Origin: Strigamia acuminata
Taxonomy: Eukaryota
DNA: 64,000 bases
Assembly: GCA_949358305.1 (NCBI GenBank)
Contig: OX442314.1
Span: 16,492,001 to 16,556,000 of the forward strand
Reading direction: 5' to 3'
Numbering within the stretch: the first letter of the stretch is position 1; each line of letters opens with the position of its first letter. A program made the position numbers and the translations under genes. Shown in pieces: positions 1 through 11,584 of the stretch. The notes below the pieces were generated by a model, which was given only the letters and a program-made list of their open reading frames with translations, was not told the DNA's origin and ran no database searches.

Positions 1-642
1 GCATTTCACCTCACAATAAAGTATACCGAGAGTAGAATAACAATACAAGCGAAATTATTGATGAATATTTTCATAACTATTTTAGGAAATAAATGTAAAT
101 GAAGACATAGAAGAGCAACGCGTACATGGGATGTTTGCGAATAATGAAACGACTAAAACATTAAAAAAGGACGATTTATTTTATTCAAAATTAAGTGAAA
201 CGATTGATCTCATGCCAAAAGATATTAAACGAGAAAGATTTAACAGGTAACGAGTAGTTAATGTCAAATACACAGTTAATTCTACAGTGAGTTTCTCTTC
301 AGGCCTAAAACAATGAATGTTAAACACGTAGTGACAAAAACAATACCGAAATTTGACGAAGAGTCTGCTGTCGTATTTCCCATTGGACCGCATCCTGAAT
401 CCAAATTGCTTTTATTCGACGAATCACTCCATCTACAGCCGGAATATTTAATGCGAGTCAAAGTAATGTTTTATTACTCATTTTAAGGAATCGTACAGTA
501 CTAACAAAATTTTATGTTTTAGGAAAAGCGAAGAATTTTTTTAACAAAAACAGGCCCAAATGACGATGCTGAGTTTCATCCAGATGCAATTAGTGGCTCT
601 GCATATCGCGAAGTTCCCGAGGTTGATTTAGATATTGATTAA
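1..642 (+). CDS. 3' end of an unidentified multi-exon protein-coding gene (partial)
   Basis: Exons <1-20, 86-246, 303-462 and 523-642 join in frame through GT-AG introns of 56-65 bp. Translation ends ...FPIGPHPESKLLLFDESLHLQPEYLMRVKEKRRIFLTKTGPNDDAEFHPDAISGSAYREVPEVDLDID*. AATAAA at 782. Family not recognised. Confidence 0.8.
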
Positions 643-842
643 ATTTTTACACAAATTTTATACCTGCAAATTTATATATAATGTGGCCCAAACTCAAAGG
701 TTCAAAATGTTTTTAGTCATTGGGCATTTTATTTTATTTTTATGATAATTCCGAAAGGATTTTAATTTTAAAAAAATGAACAATAAATTTATTTTATTAA
801 CATAACAACTAAAATTCACTGTGTTATGTATAATTACAAAAT

Positions 843-1844
843 TCAAACGTATGCTACAAGGGAAGTGGTCATAAAATCAACAATTTCTTGAATAAACATG
901 CGAACTGGTCGACAAAATTTCAACAAATGTTCTCCTCTTCTGCTCACTTCTTTACTGTCAATATCAGAAGTTATTGAGCAATCGATGATGTCCCAAACGT
1001 GTTTGCTAGATGATGATAAAAAATTAAAATTAAAATAGTGCAATAATTTACTTTTTATTATTAACAAACCCTTCCTCTTGAGTTATTAATTTTGAGATAC
1101 ATTCAATGGCTACGTGAAGGGTTAAACCGCTGTAATTGATGGCAAAATCCAGCCTTTCTTTCATTCTAACAAATTCCTTTTTGCTGTTTTTGAAATAAAC
1201 ACTGTGAATACTCACATCATCTGTATAATAAATCAGCATTTTTAAAAATCAAATCAATTTTTATTGTTGTTTCTTCCATTACCAAAATCCTTAGGATGAA
1301 GAGATTTTATTTGTAAATACCATCTATGCAAATTTGTTAGGTTCGACGAGTCTACAGAATGTGGTGGTGTTGTAGCAAGGTAGAGCGCTTCTTGTAATTC
1401 TTTAATTTCAGATTCGATTTTTTGTTTTTGCAATTTACTGTTCACTTCTAATATTTCCAAATCGTATTGATGAATATCTTTTAATATCTTCAGTATCTCT
1501 CGCCCTCTGTTGAGATGCATAGTAATTGTAATGGGATTCGTTAACAAGTAAACGGAATTTATATTTATGTACCTATCTTCAGAAATAACGTGTGAAATAT
1601 TTTTCAGGATTTCTTCATCTTTGGGAAGACCAAGCGGCAGCAACTTTGATTTCTCCAGTAATAATTCATCTCTCTCGTTTTGTAGTTTTTCTTCAATTTT
1701 TTTCACCTATTTAAAATCAAAATTAGTATGTCGTGTATGTACCATAAGTTTTTAATCTTTTACCAAGCAAATTTTATGTTTCAGTTCTTCAATAGAATCA
1801 AAAGTTTTGCATTTATCGTCTGCTGATTCTCTACAGCCAGCCAT
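843..1844 (-). CDS. Orphan 272-aa protein with N-terminal coiled coil and C-terminal alpha/beta domain
   Basis: Exons 1844-1764, 1706-1283, 1220-1070 and 1005-843 total 819 nt and splice in frame via GT-AG introns. Protein runs MAGCRESADDK...IEELKHKICLVKKIEEKLQNERDELL...LHRWYLQIKSL...FIQEIVDFMTTSLVAYV*. Head-to-head with VPS54. Confidence 0.8.
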
Positions 1845-2379
1845 CGAAGTAATGTTGGTGATAAAAGGAGAACGAAGTACCTTGTTGTTACTTAACGAAA
1901 AGAATGATTATTTTTAAACAAATGGAAACTTCTGTTTTTAAAATATTAGAATTAATGTAATAATAACAAAACGTATTTGAAATTAATGTTCATATCAATT
2001 TTATTATGTAAGTTTAAATTTTACCAAATTTTTTCATTTGAAAATTTATCGTTTCACATTTTCTGAATACCAACCGACAACATGGAGATAATTCCTCCGG
2101 ATCTATACCTTGTTTCAGTTGGATCATCTGTCTGAGTCAAATATTTATCTGATAAAAAAGATTTTTACATCTCTGATTAGTATTAGCAGCAACTCAAAAT
2201 AAGTGCAACATAACTGAAAGTATTAATCACGTAAATTAGTCATAAAACGTATGAAATTTTCACTAACGAGAGCCACGTATGTGACGTTATTTTCGTATTT
2301 ATTTTTACAGGATCGGGAAGTAGTTTCGTTCGAGAAACCGAAGTAAACGTTTAGTGTGGATGATACAACAGCAGATCTA

Positions 2380-5300
2380 ATGTTGTCGTCTTTGAATAAC
2401 CCTTTGTGGAAGAAGTGCTCTATATGTCCACAGACAGTGATTTTCAAAACTCCAATAGAATTCACTCGACATTTGCGTGAATACCATTGCACAAGGGAAG
2501 GCGGTTCGTACATTTGCACTTACGGTTTGAACAACGTATGTTCAACACTGCCCGGGTTTGGTGTTAGTGATGAAGACTACGGAAACCACCTGATAAAGCA
2601 TCACAGTCAAGACCAACGTCAAGAAATGAGTGTGGAAGTGCGAACTTTGTCGTCAAACCCACCGAATGTTGTTTGTGATCAAGGCAAATGGACCGTGTAT
2701 TGCTCAACTCAGAATTTACCAGCGGTTTTAAATGATCCTAGTCGAGGAAAACAAAAAGATTTTTTTACCAAAACGTGGGGTGATTCTTTCACGGAGAAAA
2801 CCAAAGTTGTGAGATCGCCGTACATTCCTGAAATTAATAGAAGTCATTTTGAAAATTATTTGAAAAAAACGACCAAGGTAATAAATAAATGGCGTGGATC
2901 ATCGCACTGTTTATTGCGACCAATATTTTTCTATTGCAGAGGTATAAAAAACATATTAGGCAAAGTAATGTTGTGGTAAGCGATGCCTCAAATTTTTCAA
3001 TAAAACCAAGCAGACAATTAGGTATTTTTAAAATATATTTATATTTTCGTATTCAGTATTATAGTGTTTGATTTGTTTTACTCAGCCCAGAAAGCCCAAG
3101 CGGAACTTCAAAATATTCCTAAGGTATTTAAAGTGTTGTTTGTTTAACTTGTTGACAATTTGATTATTTAATTTACAGATTTTTTTACAACCAACATTCA
3201 CTCTAGAAAATCAGGAAACATTTAACACAGTTTTTCCATTAACTCAACTGCACAATTCACAGATTGTTAATAAAAGTTTGAATAAAGATCGAAATTCTTC
3301 TAAACTTTTACAGGAAAAGGTGAGAAAACTAATTTTTATCATTTAAAAAAAATTTACTTTTATTAATTTTACATTTCCGTAGTTAACTCATTACTTAGAC
3401 ATCGTTGAAATGCACATTGCACATCAAATTTCTCAAAAATCTGCAGCATTTTTCTCAGCCATGACTTCACATGACATATTAATGGAACAGTTATCAGATA
3501 CTATACTGGGAGTAAAGAAATTAAGGTAATAAATGAATGTGCTCAAAACCTATACAATTTTTGCGTACATACGTCCGCATAAAATGCAGCTGCATGAAAT
3601 CAATTTCAATAAATGAAACACCTGTTATGGTTTTTACCTTTTTTTATTATTAAAAAATAAACCACCTGTTTTTTTCTCTTCCTATTGATTGAAAACAAGT
3701 TCCGGCACATTGCTTCAGGAAGTTTTAATTGATTTAAATTTTTCCACAATTTTTTATACTTTAAATTAATTTTAAATCTGTATTATTAATTATAAATTCT
3801 ATGATTTTAAGATTCAAAGTCCATCAAATTGAAAACATTCTAGTCAAAGGCTCTCTCGAAATCATCGGTTTGAAACGTGTGCGCCAAAACTACGCTGCAG
3901 TTTACAATAAAGTAATAATTTGAAGTAATAAGAATCTGAACTGTGTTATATATTTATTTTTGTATTTTAACAGTTAAAATTAATAGCTACTGTGCACCAA
4001 ACGCAACCAACGATTCAAATTCTTCTCTCGGCTTCAGATTTTGTTGGGGCATTGGATTTAATATCTACGACTCAAGAGGTTTTGGCGCAAGAACTAGCTG
4101 GAATACACGGTTTCCGGTAATTTGATTTAATTTTTACTACAACGGGCTTTTAATTATTGTTACGGTTATTTAGGCATCTAGGATCGCAACTTGCCGAACT
4201 GGAAAAAGTCATCAACACCATGATTCAAGCAGAATTTGTTCGTTACGCCACAGCTGATCTGAATCGGCCTTTAACAGATTTGAAACCCGTTATGGAAGAG
4301 GTTTACAATTTATTTAATTAAAAATAATTTTTATTTTTATTTTTTATTTGGTATTTTTGAATTTCAGGAACGTTTGGTTTCGATAGTATTTGGAATGATG
4401 CATCAGCGGCAGTATAACTTTGTTGAATTATATAAGGACGAAGTGTTTGCGACGATCGATGCTATTTTGAAACAAGTAACTGCTAACAGTTTATTTTATT
4501 TTTATTTTATTTTTATTTATTTTAATTTCATAAACAGACAGTTATTGAACACGTATCAAAAATAGATGACAACGAACACGGATCAATTGGAAAGTATGTT
4601 AGTAAAAGAATTTTAAACGATTGTGATGGTAAAAAATATCAGTTTTGTATTTAATTTAGTTTTCGCGAATTGATGCGGCCGCTTGGGTTCCCCGAATGGA
4701 AAGATTTGCTCGAGGAATCTTTTCAGAACGTGTTGAAATTATTAACTCGAATTAAAGTAAAGTTTGTTTAATTTTTATATGATGAATATTTTAATTTTTG
4801 TTTATCTTAACAGAGTATTCATGGTGTAATGGCTGATGTAGTAAACATTGCTGGTGGGAAGGCTCACAGTTCTATTTCTCCACTTGCTGCTCAAGCGGAC
4901 ACACCAGAAGCTACAAATATAAATGTTGTAATGTTAGTATACCGAGTTTGTCTTTAAAATATTGGTCGTAATGTGGTGTTTTATGTGATTTAGTGATGAA
5001 GAAGCGGGAGTCTCTATACCAGATGACGAACATCAGAGGGTTTTTAATAATTTAAAAGATTTATTGATAACAGTTTGTGATTATGCACACGAAAGATGCA
5101 CAAAATTTGTTATAGTTAAAGCCAAAGTAGGTTTTTATTATTGTTTTTATTTTTAGGTTTGGAAATTTAATTTATTCTTATATTTGTTTTTATTTAGGAT
5201 GGATTTTTAGAAAAATTAAACGTTAGTGAGTTTTTTGAGTTATCGAAATGTGTGGAAAAATTTGTGAGTGACTGTGAATCTGTATGCGGGAAAAGGAGCG

Positions 5301-7034
5301 CATCTTTATTGTTGGCATTTCAAAATCAGGTAGTTTTTCACGCGTGAAAGATTCTGGAAATTGTAATTAAATTTTGATGATTTTAATTTTTAGTCCAATC
5401 GGTTTGTCAATCGGTTTCACGAAGATAGGAAAACGAAATTGAGTTTGATTTTGGATAACGAACGATGGAAACAGGCGGACGTTCCTTCAGAATTCCAAGA
5501 ATTAGTCGATCACATTGCTGAGACCGGTGAATTAGCTGTGCCTAAAAAAGTTTCTGAAACAGGTATTAAAATAAAATGAAAAATATTAGAATCATCAAAC
5601 ACTAAATTTCTCTTTACAGATTTATGTGAAGCAAAACAACCAAAAGAATATCTTTTTATTAACGGTGAAAAATATGCAGTTGTAGGGTAAAAACTAAACA
5701 AATACTGTACAATTTTTTTGCATGAGACAATTCTTATGTGTATTTATTTCTGTAGCACTGTTCTTTTGCTGCTTAAAATGGTAATAGAATACTGTTATTG
5801 TATTAGCAATGTTCCATCGTTTACTCCAGATTTGCTTACTCGGCTTGTTGATTTATTAAAGGTTAAAAATACTATAACTGATGACGAATGGAGTTATATA
5901 ATTAGTTTAAATTTTATTTTACAGTTATTTAATTCCCGTACATGCCAACTTGTTTTGGGTGCTGGAGCTTTACAATTAATTGGGTTGAAGAGCATAACGA
6001 CGAGAAATTTAGGTAAATAAAAAGTTACGTACTTTAAGGGTTAAAGGTGTTTATTCATTTTGCTCGTTCGCAGCATTAGCATCACGATGTCTTCAGTTAA
6101 TGTTAAGGTACATTCCTCTTGTTAAAGCGCATTTTAAGGCTAAATTGTCCTTAAAAAGTATTCATCTAGTAAAACACTTTGATCAACTTTCTAAGGTTAA
6201 ACATTAACTCGAATTGATTCATAAGGAAAAAATTACAATATTTATTTATTTATTCAAATAAAGGATTACAGCGACCATGTTGAAGAGATTGTTGCAAAAC
6301 TGATATCCATAGTCGATAGCATAACAGAATTAGAATTAACCAAAGTAAATATTTAATTTCGGTGTCATTGCGCCGTTTCGTTGCGATTTATCGTCCGAAG
6401 CTACATTTTTACTAATTCTAGTATAGTTGTGAATGACAGTAAACCCAAACATAACCTGGGTCAATTGTATACAGTATTTTACGTACACAACTGTACTGGA
6501 ATTGATACAATACTACCTCATGTTATGAAGTTGGCTAGATTTTCTTCGGAACGGAAATTGTTGAACGAAATGAAGCGCAAATTATTTGGAATCACGTTGC
6601 AAACACTTGTTACGAATGTTTGTGAACATGAGTTGCACTTTATTTGCATTTTAGTGGGAAGTGAAACCCCCCGTGCCTTCATTAGCATTTAGAAATATCT
6701 GTAAACAAATGGCAAAATTCCACGAGGCGCTTCTTGAGTTATTACCAGAGGATCAGATTAGAGAATTATTAAAGAAAATCACCACTTCGTTTCAAGTCAT
6801 ATTAGGAAAACAACTACAAAAAAGGAACGTGATTAATGACGGTGGACCACAACACGCGTAAGTGATTGATTTTTGTAAAAAAAAAATAATAATAATAAAA
6901 AATTGTATCAAACTGCATTGTGTTTTTTCAGATTAATTACGTCTGAACTAGCATTTTATACTCGAAATTTAAAAGATCTGAAAGTTGTTAAACTAGAAAT
7001 CGACTTTTCGACAAGTATATGGAACGGCACTTGA
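2380..7034 (+). CDS. VPS54: Vacuolar protein sorting-associated protein 54 (GARP complex subunit), multi-exon
   Basis: Motifs WTVYCSTQNLPAVLNDP..KDFFTKTWG, LLQEKLTHYLDIVE..IA.QIS.KS..FF.AM, FHEDRKTKLSLILDNERWKQADVP, FNSRTCQLVLGAGALQLIGLKSIT and WEVKPPVPS..FRNICKQ...NDGGPQH match VPS54. Stop TGA at 7032-7034. Confidence 0.95.
6368..6580. mobile_element. Degenerate MITE-like element (imperfect terminal inverted repeats) in a VPS54 intron
   Basis: Left arm TTGCGCCGTTTCGTT...TCCGAAG (6368-6400) is an imperfect reverse complement of right arm CTTCGGA...AACGAAATGAAGCGCAA (6544-6580). The host intron is ~310 bp versus ~60 bp typical. No clear TSD. Confidence 0.5.
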
Positions 7035-9089
7035 ACCGAATGCAGATTTAATTAATTTTTCTCTCATGTTTTGTTGCCATAATTATACACATTCTCAAAA
7101 TGTAATTTATCAGGTTATATAAAATGGAGATGATTTTTATGCCGCATTAAAATGCCGCCGCGTGTTTTCATGTTTAGACCTGGGAATTTATTCACACGAG
7201 CTTAAACTCTTTTCACCACATCTTTCCTCCAACTCCTTTGAAACGTTTGTGTCTCTTAACAAAGTGTTCTTTGTTTGCACAATTTTTTCTAGCCGTTTAA
7301 CCAGCCGTTTACTCGCCAGTGCAAACAATTGAGACAAGAAAGTGAGCATACACAGGTGGGACCAAATCAAATATCTTAAGTTCCCTAATCGATCCCTTTT
7401 CCCGCCCATGTGAATTCAGAAGCGTGGGGTTTTAAGTGCTCTTCACATCATTTACACAGGGACTTTTAGATAATGTGAAACTCAGTTCGTAGGTATTTTG
7501 CAAGTAAACAAAACAAAATGGCCGAAAAAGAAAATGCGTGAGCAAAAAAAGTATATGTGCACAATCGAAATAAATCGAATTAAATTAAATTTTTTTTTAT
7601 ATATATTTAAAAAACAGGTTGTATTTTTAATTCCCCAAAACCTTAACCTGAAATAGCCCTACAGTACATTTAATCCCATTATCCCATGTATACAGTACGT
7701 ATAATACAGCGATCTGTCACATCGCATAAGTACTATGCATTCAATCGACTGTCATTATATTTTATGTCCACAAAGTACAAACCGCATAGGCCTTGCCCCT
7801 GCAAAGAACTCCGATTATAAAAGAAAATAAAAAATGAATAAAAAATAGAGGACCGTTGTACAACAAGGTAGGTCCTAATACGCTTAGTGCTTATAATGCG
7901 TGAAGAAAATAATAGTGCATTCAATATAGAGGAAGACTCGTCATGATTGGATCAGTTTACTCGAGTTTCCCTTTTTGTCCTCGAGTTATGGGGGTTTCGC
8001 CGGTCTAGTTGCATATTGATTGTTAACTCCATTCACAAGCCATTACTGTGTTGAACTTTGGATTGGGGCATTGCAGCTGCTACGTCTAATCGGTCGAACG
8101 CATTAACTTACTCTAAGTCGATGAGTACACTCGCCGCTGGCCAAGAATCACTGTTTTCTCACCGATTGGTCAATTTATACAATTGTTAGTGGCTGGTGCG
8201 ATGGTCGTATACACACTTTTGATGTTATTTCTTAATATTTTAATATTTTATGGTTAAAAATTTCTTTATTATTATCGTTATTCGCATAAAATAAGCGATC
8301 ATCTCTAGGTATTGTTCTGAGCTTTGGTTTTCTATAGAAACGGTTAGCTAAACTAAACATTAGCAGCTTGGTGCACTTTGTAATTGAAATGCTTGGTGAA
8401 TGTCAACACAAAACTGCGATGGGGTTTTGTGAGAAATAATAACAAATGAGGCAAGGCGTGAAAGATAAGCAGGGAGAAGTTCTTTCGCTTAATGCACCAC
8501 TTGAAGAAACAATTGCCTGTAGATTATACAACGCTTTGTTTTTATAACCGATGAAATCAAGTTCGAACTACACTTGTCAGCCATCCAAAGGAATTCATCC
8601 CAATTTCAATTCCAGAAAGATACAAAAAACAAAAACCTAATATTTTTCTTCAGAAAATAAAAAAAAATCATTAATTCAATATTTTTATTTGCAAAAATAA
8701 AAAAATATTGAAAAAAATTTCAACAAAAACTCAATTTTTGTGTTTAAATTAAAGATACTAATAAAAGGATAATAGTTTATGATTTCTAGGTAGGCAACTT
8801 ACAATTTGCGGGCTCCACTTCTCTGCAGCCCACTTATTGCGATTGGTTCTGGCTACTTTATCACTCCCCAATCCCATTGGCTGCAGCATTAGTTTTCACC
8901 CCGAGGCGGAACCATCCTCCCAATGAGTGACAAGAAACTTGTATTCTACTACTACATCTTCATTTTAACTCGCTCCATCACAGCAGACAGTCAAACTCGT
9001 TTGTTTCTCACTTGAAAGTGGCTTCGACAAATTCACAACACACCCAACCGTCAGACCCTGTGGTCACCTTTGCGTCAAATTCGAGAAAC

Positions 9090-11584
9090 ATGATGACACC
9101 TCACTGGTCCCTTTCTGTCCACCCCCGTGCGAATGGAGGGATGACATATCTCCCTAGTCCTGTCACACCCTTTCCTTATTATTTTAGTACTGACCATTTC
9201 AAACAGTCCGGCTTACTAAACATGCCACCCTCACTATTTACCATTGATAACATACTCGCGCCACGACCCAGGCCGTCTGCGTGTCCCGTTGTCCCGACGT
9301 CCACATTTCCTCATTTCGCTCACGGACCAATTTGCAGTCAAGAGTATTTACGTAAGTTTCCATTTTTTTTAAAAAGAAATTGAGAGAAAATAAAGAAATT
9401 AGTCACTGTTTTAGCAAGTTTTAAACATTTTTGTTGTGTTCATCTTATTTTGCAGCTTATTCGTCGGTGTTGGCCAATTGTTTGTCGTCATCCTTCTCCT
9501 TGCAAAGTAATATCCCAAAAAGAAAACGAAGACATCGAACAATATTCACCGAGGAACAATTGGAGCAATTGGAAGCGACTTTTGACAAAACGCACTATCC
9601 TGATGTCCTATTGAGAGAAGAACTGGCCATGAAGATTGATCTTAAAGAAGAAAGAGTCGAAGTAAGAAATTTTTATTTTTTTAAATTTTTTTTTTTAAAT
9701 TTCCGAAATTGAAAGACAAAAAAAACCAATATTTTTAAGTATGCTATATGGTAGTGGACTTTATGTAGTTCTTCGGACACTAATAAAAGTCGGACGTTTC
9801 CATTGAACATGGGAAACAAACCATCTGTGCTAACATTTTTGAACTCGATATCAATCTGCCTATATGGAAAAGTATAGATATTTCAAGTCTTTGAAGACAG
9901 AATGAATCCACTGTTGATTTTGAGTGCCGACTTCATTAAAGAACTAATCCTTATGCACAGGCCTTTGGGCCAGGTGGGTGTGCGCATGTGCAAACATCCT
10001 GCGGCCCAGTGAAGGGCTCTGATTGTTGACATTGGAGACAAACTCATTTCGAGACTGCTCCATTGAAATAATATTTTGGTAATCAGGTTAATTTGTTACA
10101 AAAGACAACACGGTAATTGTTTTAAGTGGATTTGTTATTGCCTCCAGTTACCGCGATGCCACGTGTCATTATCCCAGATTGAGGTTTAATTAAAAATAAG
10201 TCGGTTTATAATAAACACGAGACGAGTGGAAGGAAAGGATTGTCTTAAGAAATAAATAACACGCTTGCGACGACGACGTTAATGCAGAATCAATCAATCA
10301 ATGGGAGGAAAAAGTTTGTTGTGTTGCGGCGCTCGACTTCCCTGCATCACTTTTCAGTTTGAGTCGTCTCCATTGGGTAATTTAGCGGCGAAATAAGTGA
10401 ATTATCAGTCCATTTCGTTATGAGAACATCGAGTTTTTGTGTCAGTGAAAAACATTGCCTCTAGGTCAATGTATAATCCAGATTTGAAGTAAATCCATAA
10501 CGTATTTACGGCTGAATCACAATATATAGCTTTTTTCCAATCTGTGGAAGATGTTTTGGTTGTGCGCATAAGAAGCTTAGCACATAGCTTTAATCTAAAT
10601 GAAAAAATATCAAACATCAAATATTATATGGCTCGCGGATACACCGCGTGGAAAAATAATATGAAAAACAATTACTATACACTCGTATGTAGGGACCTTG
10701 ACTTGATACGAAGAATATTTGCTTGCAAATTGGTTTTTATCAATAAAATTCATTTAATATCAACAAGTTTGTTATCCACACTGTCAAATTCAGGCATCAC
10801 ATATAGGTTTTGATCAGTTTTCCAATTGCATAAAGTACTTGACGTCTTTTGTGGATGAAGCAGCGAATGAACATCGTTTGGTGTCATAGCCTCTTGACAA
10901 CTGGTTGCTACGGGAAACGTGACAAAGAACCAATAGGCAGGCGACTCAAATGATTAGTCGGCTGATCACAGATCTAATCGAGCGTGGAATGGAGATGAGG
11001 CGCCACCAAGCATTTGACCATCAGGGTCTTTGTGAAGAGTGCAGCTGCTGCACTCTACTTTGAAATTGCTTCTGATTTCTGTCATTGACAAACAATTAAG
11101 TGACAAATCATCACCGTTTAGATTGGGTTACTTGTGAAAAATCAAAATAAATATGCAAATACATAAATATGCACATCGAATTAAAAAATAAAACGTTTTT
11201 TTCTAGGTGTGGTTCAAAAATCGGCGCGCTAAATGGAGGAAACAAAAAAGAGAGGAACAGGAAAGGCTTCGCAAGATGCAGGAAGCAGCCAGCACAGTCT
11301 CAGCATCGACGTCCGAAAATGCGGTGAATTTAAGCGCGGACAATGAAGACGATTGCAACGCCGAATCACCTCGTGTGGTTTCTTCGCCGACACCATCGCG
11401 CAATTCGCTAACCACAACGTCGCCGATTGTTTACTATCATCGCGCTGATCCGAGCTTGTTTGTCGATAGTGATTCCAGCTCTGTGAATCCCATCAGTTTG
11501 TATCGGCCGTCATCGACGCTCGCAGTTACAAATCCAACGAAGAAAAGAAAATTAAGCGAAAATTCGGACATCGATGTCGATTAA
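9090..11584 (+). CDS. gsc: Homeobox protein goosecoid (PRD class, K50)
   Basis: Exons 9090-9351, 9456-9661 and 11207-11584. Carries the eh1 motif FTIDNIL and the homeodomain [60 protein letters not shown], followed by REEQ as in Gsc. Confidence 0.96.

Noticed and set aside
2082..2135. 17-codon ORF upstream of VPS54
   Set aside because: May lie upstream of the TSS in the bidirectional promoter, and has no special features.
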